64,000 nucleotides of DNA from a virus (lineage: Duplodnaviria > Caudoviricetes), in the IMG/VR virus record IMGVR_UViG_3300033498_000048, positions 96,001-160,000 of that record, one strand, 5' to 3'. The stretch's first letter is position 1, and each line of letters opens with the position of its first letter. The notes beneath the pieces are model-generated. The model was not told where the DNA came from. It did not search any database and saw only the letters and a program-made list of their open reading frames with translations. Made by a program: the position numbers and the translations under genes. Shown in pieces: positions 20,168 through 28,963 of the stretch.

Positions 20168-20563
20168 TTAAATATGGACTCCATTAACATGGTCAACTTC
20201 GTGTTGTGCTATAAATGATGCTAGTCCAGATAACTTATACATTACTGGTTCAAAGTCGGTATTAACTCCTTGTAATGTGACTCGATAGTGCCGTTGCTTT
20301 TTAACTGCTTTGTTTGGAAATGATAAACAACCTTCTTTGCTAGTCTTTTTTTCAAGACTCTTAGCTGTAATTACTGGATTAACTATCGTTACAAACTCAC
20401 CATTAATTTTAACGATAATGATACTTTTAGTTATTCCAATTTGAACTGCTGCAATTCCAACACCATTACCTATATTGTTCAATAATTCCAACTCAATTTG
20501 TTTAACATCGTCATATTCAGTCAACATTTCAGATGGAACGTTAATATAATCATTTGTAAACAT
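20168..20563 (-). CDS. def: Peptide deformylase
   Basis: All three PDF motifs are present: GVGIAAVQIG, EGCLSF and QHEVDH. Confidence 0.95.
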   Translation of the reverse strand: MFTNDYINVPSEMLTEYDDVKQIELELLNNIGNGVGIAAVQIGITKSIIIVKINGEFVTIVNPVITAKSLEKKTSKEGCLSFPNKAVKKQRHYRVTLQGVNTDFEPVMYKLSGLASFIAQHEVDHVNGVHI

Positions 20564-20592
20564 TTTAACTCCCCGTATTAGTTTATAGTCGT

Positions 20593-20621
20593 ATTATATA
20601 GGCTTAATGATTCAATGTCAA
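20593..20621 (-). promoter_or_regulatory. Sigma70-like early promoter abutting repeat cluster A
   Basis: Perfect TTGACA-17 bp-TATAAT. Confidence 0.8.
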
Positions 20622-20883
20622 ACAACAAGTTAGCACTTGCAACAATTAGGTAATTAACACTGTCCAAGTGCTAACTCGTTGGTTTAATTGATGATAGTTG
20701 GCTCATAATTAAATCAATAGGTTAGCACTTACATGGGAGTGCTAATTATATAACCGTTCTAAGTGCTAACCTATTGATTTAATTGAGAATGATTGAGAAT
20801 GATTATAGCCTAACAATATCAATGAGTTAGCACTTACAGGTTAGTATTAGTTATATAACTGTTCCAAGTGCTAACCTATTGAT
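20620..20883. repeat. Inverted-repeat element cluster A (3 copies)
   Basis: Copies at 20620-20685 (27-bp core), 20711-20780 (perfect 20-bp arms, 30-bp core) and 20818-20883 (30-bp core). Confidence 0.95.
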
Positions 20884-20982
20884 GTATAATAATTGACAAG
20901 AATGATAGTAGTGGAACAGTTGTTTTTGTGTGTTAGTCTTCTATTTGTTCCATTTTTAGTTTATTCAACCCATTAGTTTATT

Positions 20983-21372
20983 TTAACTGGAAGTCAACTT
21001 GACAAAAACAGAATCATATTCTTCTTTAAACATCGCAATTTTGTTTTTGATTAGAGTTATATCGTATTCCAATGATGTTATGTGCCTTGCCCTTAACTCT
21101 AGGTAATATAGCTTACATTCTTTTTCATCTGTAAACAAATTTAACTCAGCTCCACTTGTATTACCAAATAACTTTATTTCTTTTTTCGTTACATCTCCCT
21201 TTGAATTGATTACACGAAAACGACCATTATCTCCAACTTGCACGTTTGTTGGAATAACATTTCGTTGTGGATTCTCATTTCCAGTATATGTAAAGTAATA
21301 TGCACATACCCACAAACTCATACCACAAAATTCTTTACCAGTATAAGCATATTCATTAAACTCTAATTTCAT
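20983..21372 (-). CDS. Hypothetical protein
   Basis: Lies between repeat clusters A and B. Confidence 0.65.
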   Translation of the reverse strand: MKLEFNEYAYTGKEFCGMSLWVCAYYFTYTGNENPQRNVIPTNVQVGDNGRFRVINSKGDVTKKEIKLFGNTSGAELNLFTDEKECKLYYLELRARHITSLEYDITLIKNKIAMFKEEYDSVFVKLTSS

Positions 21373-21776
21373 TTAATATTCCCTGTGTATCCTAGTAATC
21401 CAAAGTCTAGGATTGTACTTAATAACAAATCACATTCACTATTGGACAACTTAATATAATGTGTTTTAAACTTTCTTGCAATTGCAACAACTTCTTTGTA
21501 TCGGGTTATCATATTTCTTTCAAGTTTTTTAAATTCGATTATATCGGAATATAAACCTGGATTAGGTTTATTATCCTTGTGTACCATGCAATATTTCATT
21601 ATCAATTTATTAACTGAAAATTTGGTAATTTCCATAGCTTTAGTTATATGCTTTGAATTAACCAACTTTACATCTAAGCAATTAGTGTAATTAGTCGATA
21701 AGCGATGTTTTAACTGTTGATACAACTTTAACCTATCAGCTAATGGCATATCAAGTAATTCATATTTTTTGTTCAT
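21369..21776 (-). CDS. Hypothetical protein
   Basis: ATGA overlap; lies downstream of the promoter at 21805-21833. Confidence 0.6.
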   Translation of the reverse strand: MNKKYELLDMPLADRLKLYQQLKHRLSTNYTNCLDVKLVNSKHITKAMEITKFSVNKLIMKYCMVHKDNKPNPGLYSDIIEFKKLERNMITRYKEVVAIARKFKTHYIKLSNSECDLLLSTILDFGLLGYTGNIK

Positions 21777-21804
21777 TATTTAACTCCAATGTTTTTGTTG
21801 GCGA

Positions 21805-21833
21805 ATTATATTCAGTATTCCAAACAATGTCAA
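21805..21833 (-). promoter_or_regulatory. Sigma70-like early promoter abutting repeat cluster B
   Basis: Perfect TTGACA-17 bp-TATAAT. Confidence 0.8.
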
Positions 21834-21853
21834 CGCAATATCGTTCAAACTAT

Positions 21854-22143
21854 AAATCAATGACTTAGCACTTGGAACAGTTATATAATTAAGACCAATC
21901 TGCAAATGCTAACTTGTTGATTCTAATAACATTCATCTAAACTCAATTAAATCAACAAGTTAGCATTTGGAACGGTTATATAATTAAGACCACGCTGTAA
22001 GTGCTAAGTCATTGATTCTTTATAATTGACAATGATTGATAGTGTATAGAATACATATTAACAGGTAAATACAAAATCAATAACTTAGCACTTGGAACTA
22101 TTAGGTAATTATAAGACCTGTCTAAGTGCTAAGTCATTGATTT
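21854..22143. repeat. Inverted-repeat element cluster B (3 copies)
   Basis: Copies at 21854-21922, 21949-22017 and 22074-22143, each with a 30-bp core beginning GGAAC. Confidence 0.95.
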
Positions 22144-22155
22144 TTGAATAGTGAT

Positions 22156-22485
22156 TCATCTAATATTTTCGTACCAGAATTTAACTCTAGGAGGTTCATC
22201 GAAACACCAAACAGATATTATTTCAGGCATATAGCAATATTCAGACTCAGCTTTACGCATAGTTTTTCCAGACTTTCTTGCTGTGTCAATTATCAATATT
22301 GGACTCAATTCTTTTGGTATTTGTGTTCCATACGGAATAAATGGAACACCTAATAAATATGATGAATATACAGCAGCTATAGCACCACTACGACCTGGAC
22401 CAGTAACACTATTAACTTTCTTTATATTAGACAACTTAGCCTTTAAAACCGTTTGAAATTCAACCTCTGTCACAATTCTACTCAT
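22156..22485 (-). CDS. Minimal phosphoribosyltransferase-like protein
   Basis: VTGPGRSG (PP-loop-like) and LIIDTARKSGKT (PRPP-binding loop-like). Confidence 0.6.
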   Translation of the reverse strand: MSRIVTEVEFQTVLKAKLSNIKKVNSVTGPGRSGAIAAVYSSYLLGVPFIPYGTQIPKELSPILIIDTARKSGKTMRKAESEYCYMPEIISVWCFDEPPRVKFWYENIR

Positions 22486-22502
22486 ATTTTAGCTTATCCT
22501 TA

Positions 22503-22572
22503 AAATCAATAGGTTAGCACTTGCAACGGTTATATAATTACTAACACGATGCAAGTGCTAACCTATTGATTT
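22503..22572. repeat. Inverted-repeat element C (1 copy)
   Basis: AAATCAATAGGTTAGCACTT-30 bp-AAGTGCTAACCTATTGATTT, with perfect 20-bp arms. Confidence 0.95.
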
Positions 22573-22654
22573 TTGTGTGTTAATAATTGACAACGATAAT
22601 AGATGGAACATCCATCTTAACTGGTACATAATTATTAACACATTGGGTTATAGT

Positions 22655-22942
22655 TCATAAGATAATTTGGTATTTCTTTATTTCCTCTCGATAATATTTA
22701 CACATTATCATACCAACATTTGGGTAATGTTCACTTTCAATGATACTCGTATCTAATGCTTGTTGGCAAAATACTATTTCACGTTTAGCTAACTCCAAAG
22801 CATATTCTAAATTTATGTCAGCTAATTTTAGTATAAGTTCGTCCGTGTTTTTAATGTTCCCAAGCTCTGGGTCTACAACTTTAAATGAACATTGTCCATT
22901 AGATGCTTGTTGGAAGTGGAAGTTCCAATCATTTGCGTTCAT
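22655..22942 (-). CDS. Hypothetical protein, tandem paralogue 1 (start at MNANDW)
   Basis: Closely similar to 23202..23513. The longer called start overlaps the promoter. Confidence 0.75.
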   Translation of the reverse strand: MNANDWNFHFQQASNGQCSFKVVDPELGNIKNTDELILKLADINLEYALELAKREIVFCQQALDTSIIESEHYPNVGMIMCKYYREEIKKYQIIL

Positions 22943-22970
22943 ACATACCTCGGTGATAATTAAAAGTGGT

Positions 22971-22999
22971 AATATACATAATATTTCAGCTATTGTCAA
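22971..22999 (-). promoter_or_regulatory. Sigma70-like promoter (duplicated with the cassette)
   Basis: TTGACA-17 bp-TATATT. Confidence 0.6.
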
Positions 23000-23005
23000 A
23001 TATAC

Positions 23006-23177
23006 AAATCAATGAGTTAGCATTTGCAGTGTGTTAATAATTATATAACTTCTGTAAATGCTAACTCATTGATTGTTAGTAGTTGACAATGGTAGTTCCA
23101 TGTACATCCACTTTAACGGGTTACACATGGAACTATTAGGTAATTAATAACACTATGCAAGTGCTAACCTGTTGTTT
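23006..23177. repeat. Inverted-repeat element cluster D (2 copies)
   Basis: Copies at 23006-23074 (30-bp core) and 23112-23177 (degenerate left arm, 30-bp core). Confidence 0.9.
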
Positions 23178-23201
23178 TGCTTATAATTGTATATTGACTG
23201 A

Positions 23202-23513
23202 TTATAGTCTAACTCGCACAATAAACACCCTTTTGAATTTTTGTATTTCACTAGAATAATATTCACACATTATTCTACTAATATATGGGAAGGGGTCTGT
23301 TTTCATTTCTTCCTCATAATAAGATAACCATTTTTCACAAAATACTATTTCACGTTTAGCTAACTCCAAAGCATATTTTAAATTTATTTCAGCCATCTTT
23401 AGTATAAGTTCATCTGTATTTTTAATATTACCGATTTCTGGTTGAATAACTTTAAATGTACATTGTCCATTAGATGCTTTTTGAAAATTATAGTTCCAAT
23501 CATTTGCGTTCAT
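23202..23513 (-). CDS. Hypothetical protein, tandem paralogue 2
   Basis: MNANDWNYNFQKASNGQCTFKV...YALELAKREIVFC. Confidence 0.75.
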   Translation of the reverse strand: MNANDWNYNFQKASNGQCTFKVIQPEIGNIKNTDELILKMAEINLKYALELAKREIVFCEKWLSYYEEEMKTDPFPYISRIMCEYYSSEIQKFKRVFIVRVRL

Positions 23514-23543
23514 ATTATAAATCCGTTAGTGATTAAAAGTGAC

Positions 23544-23572
23544 AATATACATAATATTGCATCTATTGTCAA
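23544..23572 (-). promoter_or_regulatory. Sigma70-like promoter (duplicated with the cassette)
   Basis: TTGACA-17 bp-TATATT. Confidence 0.6.
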
Positions 23573-23579
23573 CTACTAT

Positions 23580-23839
23580 AAATCAATACCTTAGCACTTG
23601 TACTGGTCTTATAATTACCTAATACACCCAAGTGCCAACTTATTGATTCTTAACAATCGGATACATGGAACGTTCAAATGCTAACCTAATGGTTCTTAAT
23701 GTTTATGTTATACAAATCAACAGGTTGGCATTTACAACTGGTACATAATTATAAGACCAGTACAAGTGCTAAGGTGTTGATAACTGACAATGGTAGTTTC
23801 CATGTTCCATTCAAAATATAACTCAATAACTTAGCACAT
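23580..23839. repeat. Inverted-repeat element cluster E (2 full copies plus partials)
   Basis: Full copies at 23580-23648 and 23714-23781 (30-bp cores); partial arms near 23665-23692 and 23823-23839. Confidence 0.9.
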
Positions 23840-23951
23840 GGAACAGATACACAATTAACTACATTATGCTGTTGATTTATGGTTGGACTGTAATTTAGCC
23901 ATTCCCAAATACTAAATATCATATACTTTAATTAACGTGGAGATAACACAA

Positions 23952-24767
23952 ATGTTGACATTTAATGATTTTAAAAATTCAACTCAAAGTCAAGATATAA
24001 TTTATAACGAAAACTACTGTGATTACTTAGATGCAATATCATTAATAGAATCATATTATTCAAATCAATTATCTGAAAATATTATCACGGAATTGCCTGA
24101 TAAATTGAAAGATAAATTTGATTTCATTAAATCTATTGCTGATGTGGCAAAGATGGACATTTCAGAACTAATATCTATAATTAAGTTTCCTAGTGTATTT
24201 GAGTTTTTTGATTCGATTAAATTTAACTTAGCTAAGTTTTATAATATATTAAAACAAGGCTATAAATCGTATATTGAATTGGAACATGAAGTTTCTAAGT
24301 TTGCAGCTAATCAAAAAATAATGAAGTGGACCACTGCAAACTTAGAACTATTAGATGATTATTTGATGAATAACAAAGCACTCCACAGAATTACTGGAGT
24401 GGCAGCATCTGGAATCTTATTGTTTATGTGGATGCACCAATCACACACTGGTAACATAGACCACGACTTTAATGCTGATGATATTGTCAATGCTATGAAG
24501 GGGGAATATGAATTAGCAGATTTATTTGGAGGACATGAGGGTGCGAAACGATTGATGTTATTTGCTGTTGGTATCACCGTCCATGTTACATTCCCTTGGC
24601 CCACACCTAGCGATGTAAGCCTTATCATTGGACTAATACGAAATTTGAGAAAAACTATGAAGGTTAGAATCGAAAATGAAAAGGCTAACGAACCACCTAA
24701 ATTAATACCACGACCACATAAGGGAACTACCAGTAAAAAAAGAACTACCGAATCTTTTATGTGGTGA
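23952..24767 (+). CDS. Orphan plus-strand protein, possibly late/virion-associated
   Basis: GGAG RBS precedes the ATG at 23952 (MLTFNDFK). A late-promoter-like CTAAATA lies at 23912-23918. Confidence 0.7.
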   Translation: MLTFNDFKNSTQSQDIIYNENYCDYLDAISLIESYYSNQLSENIITELPDKLKDKFDFIKSIADVAKMDISELISIIKFPSVFEFFDSIKFNLAKFYNILKQGYKSYIELEHEVSKFAANQKIMKWTTANLELLDDYLMNNKALHRITGVAASGILLFMWMHQSHTGNIDHDFNADDIVNAMKGEYELADLFGGHEGAKRLMLFAVGITVHVTFPWPTPSDVSLIIGLIRNLRKTMKVRIENEKANEPPKLIPRPHKGTTSKKRTTESFMW

Positions 24768-24773
24768 TTCCAA

Positions 24774-24840
24774 AAATCAATAAGTTAGCACTTGCTGGTT
24801 TGTATTAATTATAACACTGTCCAAGTGCTAACCTGTTGAA
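24774..24840. repeat. Inverted-repeat element F (1 copy, 29-bp core)
   Basis: AAATCAATAAGTTAGCACTT...AAGTGCTAACCTGTTGA, between convergent genes. Confidence 0.9.
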
Positions 24841-24847
24841 TTACTGA

Positions 24848-25201
24848 TTAGTTTAGTCCAGACGCATACAGTTCAGCAGCTTCTATAAATCCAAGCTCAA
24901 ATTGTATTAATTTTTTAGCCCACAATGGTGCATTCCATGCTGATAAGATGAAGTTTAATATAATGCTATCTATGTGTTTATGGGTAGGTTTTTCTCCAAA
25001 TTGTGTTGGTAAATAATAATCACCCATCATATCCATTGCTAACGCTTTACCAATTTCCTTACTGTACCTATCTTTTTTATTTGAAAAACTATAACCAAAT
25101 CTAATCACATATCTACCTTTTTTATTGGACGTTAATTCAGACGCTATTGTAATAACATTAGTGTGGATTAATCCAGTATTGCCGATGTATTTAAATCTCA
25201 T
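24848..25201 (-). CDS. Conserved phage hypothetical protein
   Basis: FGYSFSNKKDRYSKEIGKALA motif of a kind seen in myovirus hypotheticals. Confidence 0.65.
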   Translation of the reverse strand: MRFKYIGNTGLIHTNVITIASELTSNKKGRYVIRFGYSFSNKKDRYSKEIGKALAMDMMGDYYLPTQFGEKPTHKHIDSIILNFILSAWNAPLWAKKLIQFELGFIEAAELYASGLN

Positions 25202-25288
25202 GCTGTTTACTCAATTATTAAAAACTATATTGTACACAAGGACAGTTCAATAAGATGTTGACTGTAGAACTGTCCTTAAACAACCAAT

Positions 25289-25648
25289 TTACGATTTCAC
25301 TCGAACATTCATACAAGTTATACTTCCAGACTCGGAAAATATATTTTTACCAACATCACCTTTAACCTCAACTGAACCTGTAACAGTTGCAACATCACCT
25401 CCAACCGAACCAGTAACGACAACATTACCTGATTGAGTTCTAATAGTTTCAAGTGTTGGACTTGTGACATTGATTGTAATTGATGTGTTAGGTTTAAAGG
25501 CAGTGTGGATTTTACCATCAACTAAAACCTCATTATCTGTTACAAACACACGATTACCGTTAGTGACATTTACAATAGTGCTATTGTCTCCAAAATTAAT
25601 ACTTCCACCTGTTACATTACCTATAAAAGTTTGTTTCCGTTCTGACAT
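25289..25648 (-). CDS. Small beta-helix/beta-repeat protein
   Basis: Repeated VxGxVxGxVxxxxG pattern (SGNVVVTGSVGGDVATVTGSVEVKGDV). Confidence 0.65.
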   Translation of the reverse strand: MSERKQTFIGNVTGGSINFGDNSTIVNVTNGNRVFVTDNEVLVDGKIHTAFKPNTSITINVTSPTLETIRTQSGNVVVTGSVGGDVATVTGSVEVKGDVGKNIFSESGSITCMNVRVKS

Positions 25649-25671
25649 ATATTACCTACATTAAATTAATT

Positions 25672-25728
25672 AAATTAATAAGTTAGCACTTGAACGATTT
25701 GATAAAAATAATCTGTCACAAGTGCTAA
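25672..25728. repeat. Degenerate inverted-repeat element G
   Basis: AAGTTAGCACTT-28 bp-AAGTGCTAA. Confidence 0.7.
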
Positions 25729-25732
25729 TAAA

Positions 25733-27016
25733 TCACCTCTTAGCATCATATTCTGGATTAATGAACTTACATGATAAGTTATTTGTTTCCATCGTTCTAA
25801 CCACAATTCCTTCGATTATTTCACCATTTTTCTTGTGTTCATCAAACATCAACTGGACAGTATTACACAAGTCTTCATAACTATGTGGGGTAATTACCGT
25901 TGTTGGAACAACTGGTAGATTTAAGTCTTTAGCAACATTCCACAAATCGTAACCATTCAAACGAATAGCATTGGGACCAGATACATCATCCAAACCAAAC
26001 AATATCAATCCTTGTTCTTTTTTAGAATGTGGATTGTGTTTGTTTCCAGAACCTTTCAATCCCTTACCATAAATCTCAGCTCTAAATGCCAATTCCAAAT
26101 CATTATCTAAACAGTATTGATACCCCTTATCTAATAACCCAGATGATTTTGAAATATCAACCCATGAGTCCTTATAAGCTATTTCAATTGGAGTTAAATC
26201 ACTAACATTATCATTGGTTCTAAAATCTCCAGTTTCTTCGCACAACCATCCCCTAGTATTGTCAGCAAAATGCTTTCTATAGGGTTTAAACTCATTATCA
26301 ACATAATGGGAAACAACTGTGGGGTTTAATTTTTTCAAAAACATTCTGGAACACACAAAAGGCTTCAATTCACCGTTGATTTTTTTGAATGCAACTGTTA
26401 AAGATGAACCATCCACTTTCAAAGACAACCCCAATGGCTCTCCACGCTCAATAACCATTTTTATGTGATTGACGATGTTTTGATACATAATTTCATCTGT
26501 TTTGTACATCCAATATGGAAAATCACCTTGAATTAATCCATTAGATTGTGTTGAAGGTTCAGGCTCTTCATACTTCACAATTTCCAAGGCTTCAGTCAAG
26601 TTACAATCACCAATATTAATTCCCTTATTAATTAAATATGATTCAACTAATTGGAAAGATAATAAGATTCCAAAAGACCAAATCGGTTGAATATCATCCT
26701 CAAATGAAAATGTAAATTTAGACGATTTAATCCTATTGTTCGTTCCTAATCTAGTTCGTTTTGGTTCACCACCTGGAGCTATAAATTCACTAAATAACTC
26801 TGTGTTAGGAACACAATAATCTGGTTGAATGAAAATTGCCTTATCTCCAATTTCATATAATCCGATTTGTGCAATTAGATTAAATCCACAAGTTTCACCT
26901 GTTCGGTCAAATGTGAATCTAACAACTTCAATGTTAGTAGCTGCTTCGCCGTTTTTTTGAATTTTTAAATTTTGATTAATTGTAACCAGTTCTACTGGAT
27001 TAACTTCATTTGTCAT
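25733..27016 (-). CDS. RNA ligase, DRB0094-like (Rnl2/Rnl5 type)
   Basis: N-terminal YEIGDKAIFIQPD domain, motif I SLKVDGSS, AEIYGKG, EGIVVR and KFINPEY. Confidence 0.85.
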   Translation of the reverse strand: MTNEVNPVELVTINQNLKIQKNGEAATNIEVVRFTFDRTGETCGFNLIAQIGLYEIGDKAIFIQPDYCVPNTELFSEFIAPGGEPKRTRLGTNNRIKSSKFTFSFEDDIQPIWSFGILLSFQLVESYLINKGINIGDCNLTEALEIVKYEEPEPSTQSNGLIQGDFPYWMYKTDEIMYQNIVNHIKMVIERGEPLGLSLKVDGSSLTVAFKKINGELKPFVCSRMFLKKLNPTVVSHYVDNEFKPYRKHFADNTRGWLCEETGDFRTNDNVSDLTPIEIAYKDSWVDISKSSGLLDKGYQYCLDNDLELAFRAEIYGKGLKGSGNKHNPHSKKEQGLILFGLDDVSGPNAIRLNGYDLWNVAKDLNLPVVPTTVITPHSYEDLCNTVQLMFDEHKKNGEIIEGIVVRTMETNNLSCKFINPEYDAKR

Positions 27017-27019
27017 ATT

Positions 27020-27349
27020 TTATTCCTTAATGTGGTTTTGATACCAATCTTTATATTTTGTATATTGTGCTGTTGCATCTGAAAAATTGTAAATGTTACC
27101 TCCAATTTTAATATACTCAGCAAACTGGTAAATATTCATTTTTTCAACTGTTGGAAAAAATAATACTACTAATTTATTATCACGAATAAATACTCCAGAA
27201 ATATAATCTTTATTCACATTCAACAAGTCTTGTAATATACTTTCTTTTGAATCATATCTTCCAGTTCCTACATATGTCGTGAAATATTCATAACTACAGG
27301 GGGTTAGCATTGTGATTGTTCCTTTTAAATTTAGTGTTTTTATGTCCAA
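27020..27349 (-). CDS. Hypothetical protein
   Basis: Fits the minus-strand tiling. Confidence 0.5.
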   Translation of the reverse strand: MDIKTLNLKGTITMLTPCSYEYFTTYVGTGRYDSKESILQDLLNVNKDYISGVFIRDNKLVVLFFPTVEKMNIYQFAEYIKIGGNIYNFSDATAQYTKYKDWYQNHIKE

Positions 27350-27639
27350 CTAATCTCAAATGAGTTAATATCAAGCTCTTGTCCATAGGTTGGGGTATAT
27401 GATATTTTAAAATTTGAGCATATTAAAAATCTAGCGATATGCGTTTGCTGTTCACTAGAAATTTGAGCATCGAAGCGTAATGTCATACAAATTTCACCAC
27501 GCGAAGCACTTTCCGTAAATAACAATATAAGATATTCGATATATTTTTTGCTCTCATCTGTTAATAAGTTTAATAAAGCTTCCATTGATATTTTTTTAAT
27601 ATCGTTGGCATTTAATGTACTAAATTGTTGTACTACCAT
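27340..27639 (-). CDS. Hypothetical protein
   Basis: Fits the minus-strand tiling. Confidence 0.5.
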   Translation of the reverse strand: MVVQQFSTLNANDIKKISMEALLNLLTDESKKYIEYLILLFTESASRGEICMTLRFDAQISSEQQTHIARFLICSNFKISYTPTYGQELDINSFEISWT

Positions 27640-27869
27640 ATTATTTTATTCCTTAATTTATATTGGGTAGAATTTAACGCATTAATAAACCCACCATCTT
27701 TAAATTTGAGTTTAGTGTTTATAAACCTTTCCAAGTCTTTTTTTGTCCAGTATTTACAATACACAAACCAGCCTAAATTGATTTTTTGATAAATGATTTT
27801 GTTAGTTTGGTCGACTTTATATTCTCCACTATCATTAATCTCGTTAATTAATTCTTTAATGTTACTCAT
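27633..27869 (-). CDS. Hypothetical protein
   Basis: Fits the minus-strand tiling. Confidence 0.5.
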   Translation of the reverse strand: MSNIKELINEINDSGEYKVDQTNKIIYQKINLGWFVYCKYWTKKDLERFINTKLKFKDGGFINALNSTQYKLRNKIIW

Positions 27870-28185
27870 TGTTTTTCATCCAATAGTTTAACAAATCATC
27901 ACATACAACCCAAACTTCATCTCCATACATATTCACAATGAAAGACTCAACAGTATCACCATCTTCTTTCAAACCTAACTTAATGAGATTGTTGTGGAGC
28001 TTTACCACACAATATTCACCAAGACCCATAGCCTTTAGTAAACCATGTTGTTTACTTCTTTCAAATGCTTCTTGTAATTCCCTAGGTAGTGTATAAAGTG
28101 GACCCAATACAGACTCGCACTTATTAATAACGGTTTTGTTTGTTGGTTTAAACTCAACTCCAACTAACTCAGTTTGTTCTGTCAT
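27862..28185 (-). CDS. Hypothetical protein
   Basis: Fits the minus-strand tiling, with RBS GGGGGA upstream. Confidence 0.55.
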   Translation of the reverse strand: MTEQTELVGVEFKPTNKTVINKCESVLGPLYTLPRELQEAFERSKQHGLLKAMGLGEYCVVKLHNNLIKLGLKEDGDTVESFIVNMYGDEVWVVCDDLLNYWMKNNE

Positions 28186-28188
28186 ATC

Positions 28189-28299
28189 TTAATTCCCCCT
28201 AACTACTCTTTGGATACCACACTTGGAACATCGTTCATAGTGGAAATTATCGGTGTATGGTCCATCGTACACCCATGAGTGTAATCCAATTCTACACAT
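28189..28299 (-). CDS. 36-aa Cys/His peptide (DUF1660-like)
   Basis: Hand translation MCRIGLHSWVYDGPYTDNFHYERCSKCGIQRVVRGN, with RBS AAGGA. It fills the gap exactly. Confidence 0.6.
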   Translation of the reverse strand: MCRIGLHSWVYDGPYTDNFHYERCSKCGIQRVVRGN

Positions 28300-28304
28300 A
28301 ATCC

Positions 28305-28616
28305 TTACTCCGATATTGAAGCTGATAAGTTCCCAAAAACATCTTGGTCTATTACCAACCAAAACGATTCATCATCATCGTGACAAAAACGTATATACCA
28401 TGCACTTGTTCCATCTGCATCATTCTCATAGCCAACATAGTTCCAATGTGAATGCTCTATGCCGTTGATTGCAGATGTTATCGACTCTATTAAGAACTTC
28501 TTATCATCGACATAATCACCTTTATTAAAAGTCACTTCTGCATTTACATCATATGATAATGCTACGTTCAATATACTATCAATGATTTCGGTTATATTAT
28601 ACATTATTGTACCCAC
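28305..28616 (-). CDS. Hypothetical protein
   Basis: Fits the minus-strand tiling. Confidence 0.55.
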   Translation of the reverse strand: MGTIMYNITEIIDSILNVALSYDVNAEVTFNKGDYVDDKKFLIESITSAINGIEHSHWNYVGYENDADGTSAWYIRFCHDDDESFWLVIDQDVFGNLSASISE

Positions 28617-28885
28617 ACATATTCAATTGCACTATGAACCATATAAACACATGGTTTACCATCATATTTACTGGAATAAAACCTAACATGATAATCGTTT
28701 TTTACTGTTGGACAAGTACCAAACTCAACTAAGTCTGATGTGTCGATATGACGAATAAATGTATTATATTTGATTTCCCGACCACGTCCTGTCATTTCAG
28801 TGATTAATCTACCTGAAAGATTGACACAACTTCCAATAAGACTTTTTTTCATTTTTAATGCCTTGTGGTTAAAATAAAAACACAT
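28604..28885 (-). CDS. Conserved phage hypothetical protein
   Basis: DYHVRFYSSKYDGKPCVYMVHSAIEYVW C-terminal motif. Confidence 0.6.
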   Translation of the reverse strand: MCFYFNHKALKMKKSLIGSCVNLSGRLITEMTGRGREIKYNTFIRHIDTSDLVEFGTCPTVKNDYHVRFYSSKYDGKPCVYMVHSAIEYVWVQ

Positions 28886-28963
28886 AATAATCCTATTCTA
28901 ATCCAATGTCAATTTATTTTTGTAACAATGGAGTCTATGTGTCTAGTGGGATTTCAGACAACT

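Noticed and set aside
20620-25728. Repeats as integron attC sites
   Set aside because: Within a unit the order is GTTAG...CTAAC, the reverse of attC (TAAC...GTT). The typical extrahelical-base pattern is absent and no integron integrase is in the window. Cassette-like behaviour is kept only as an analogy.
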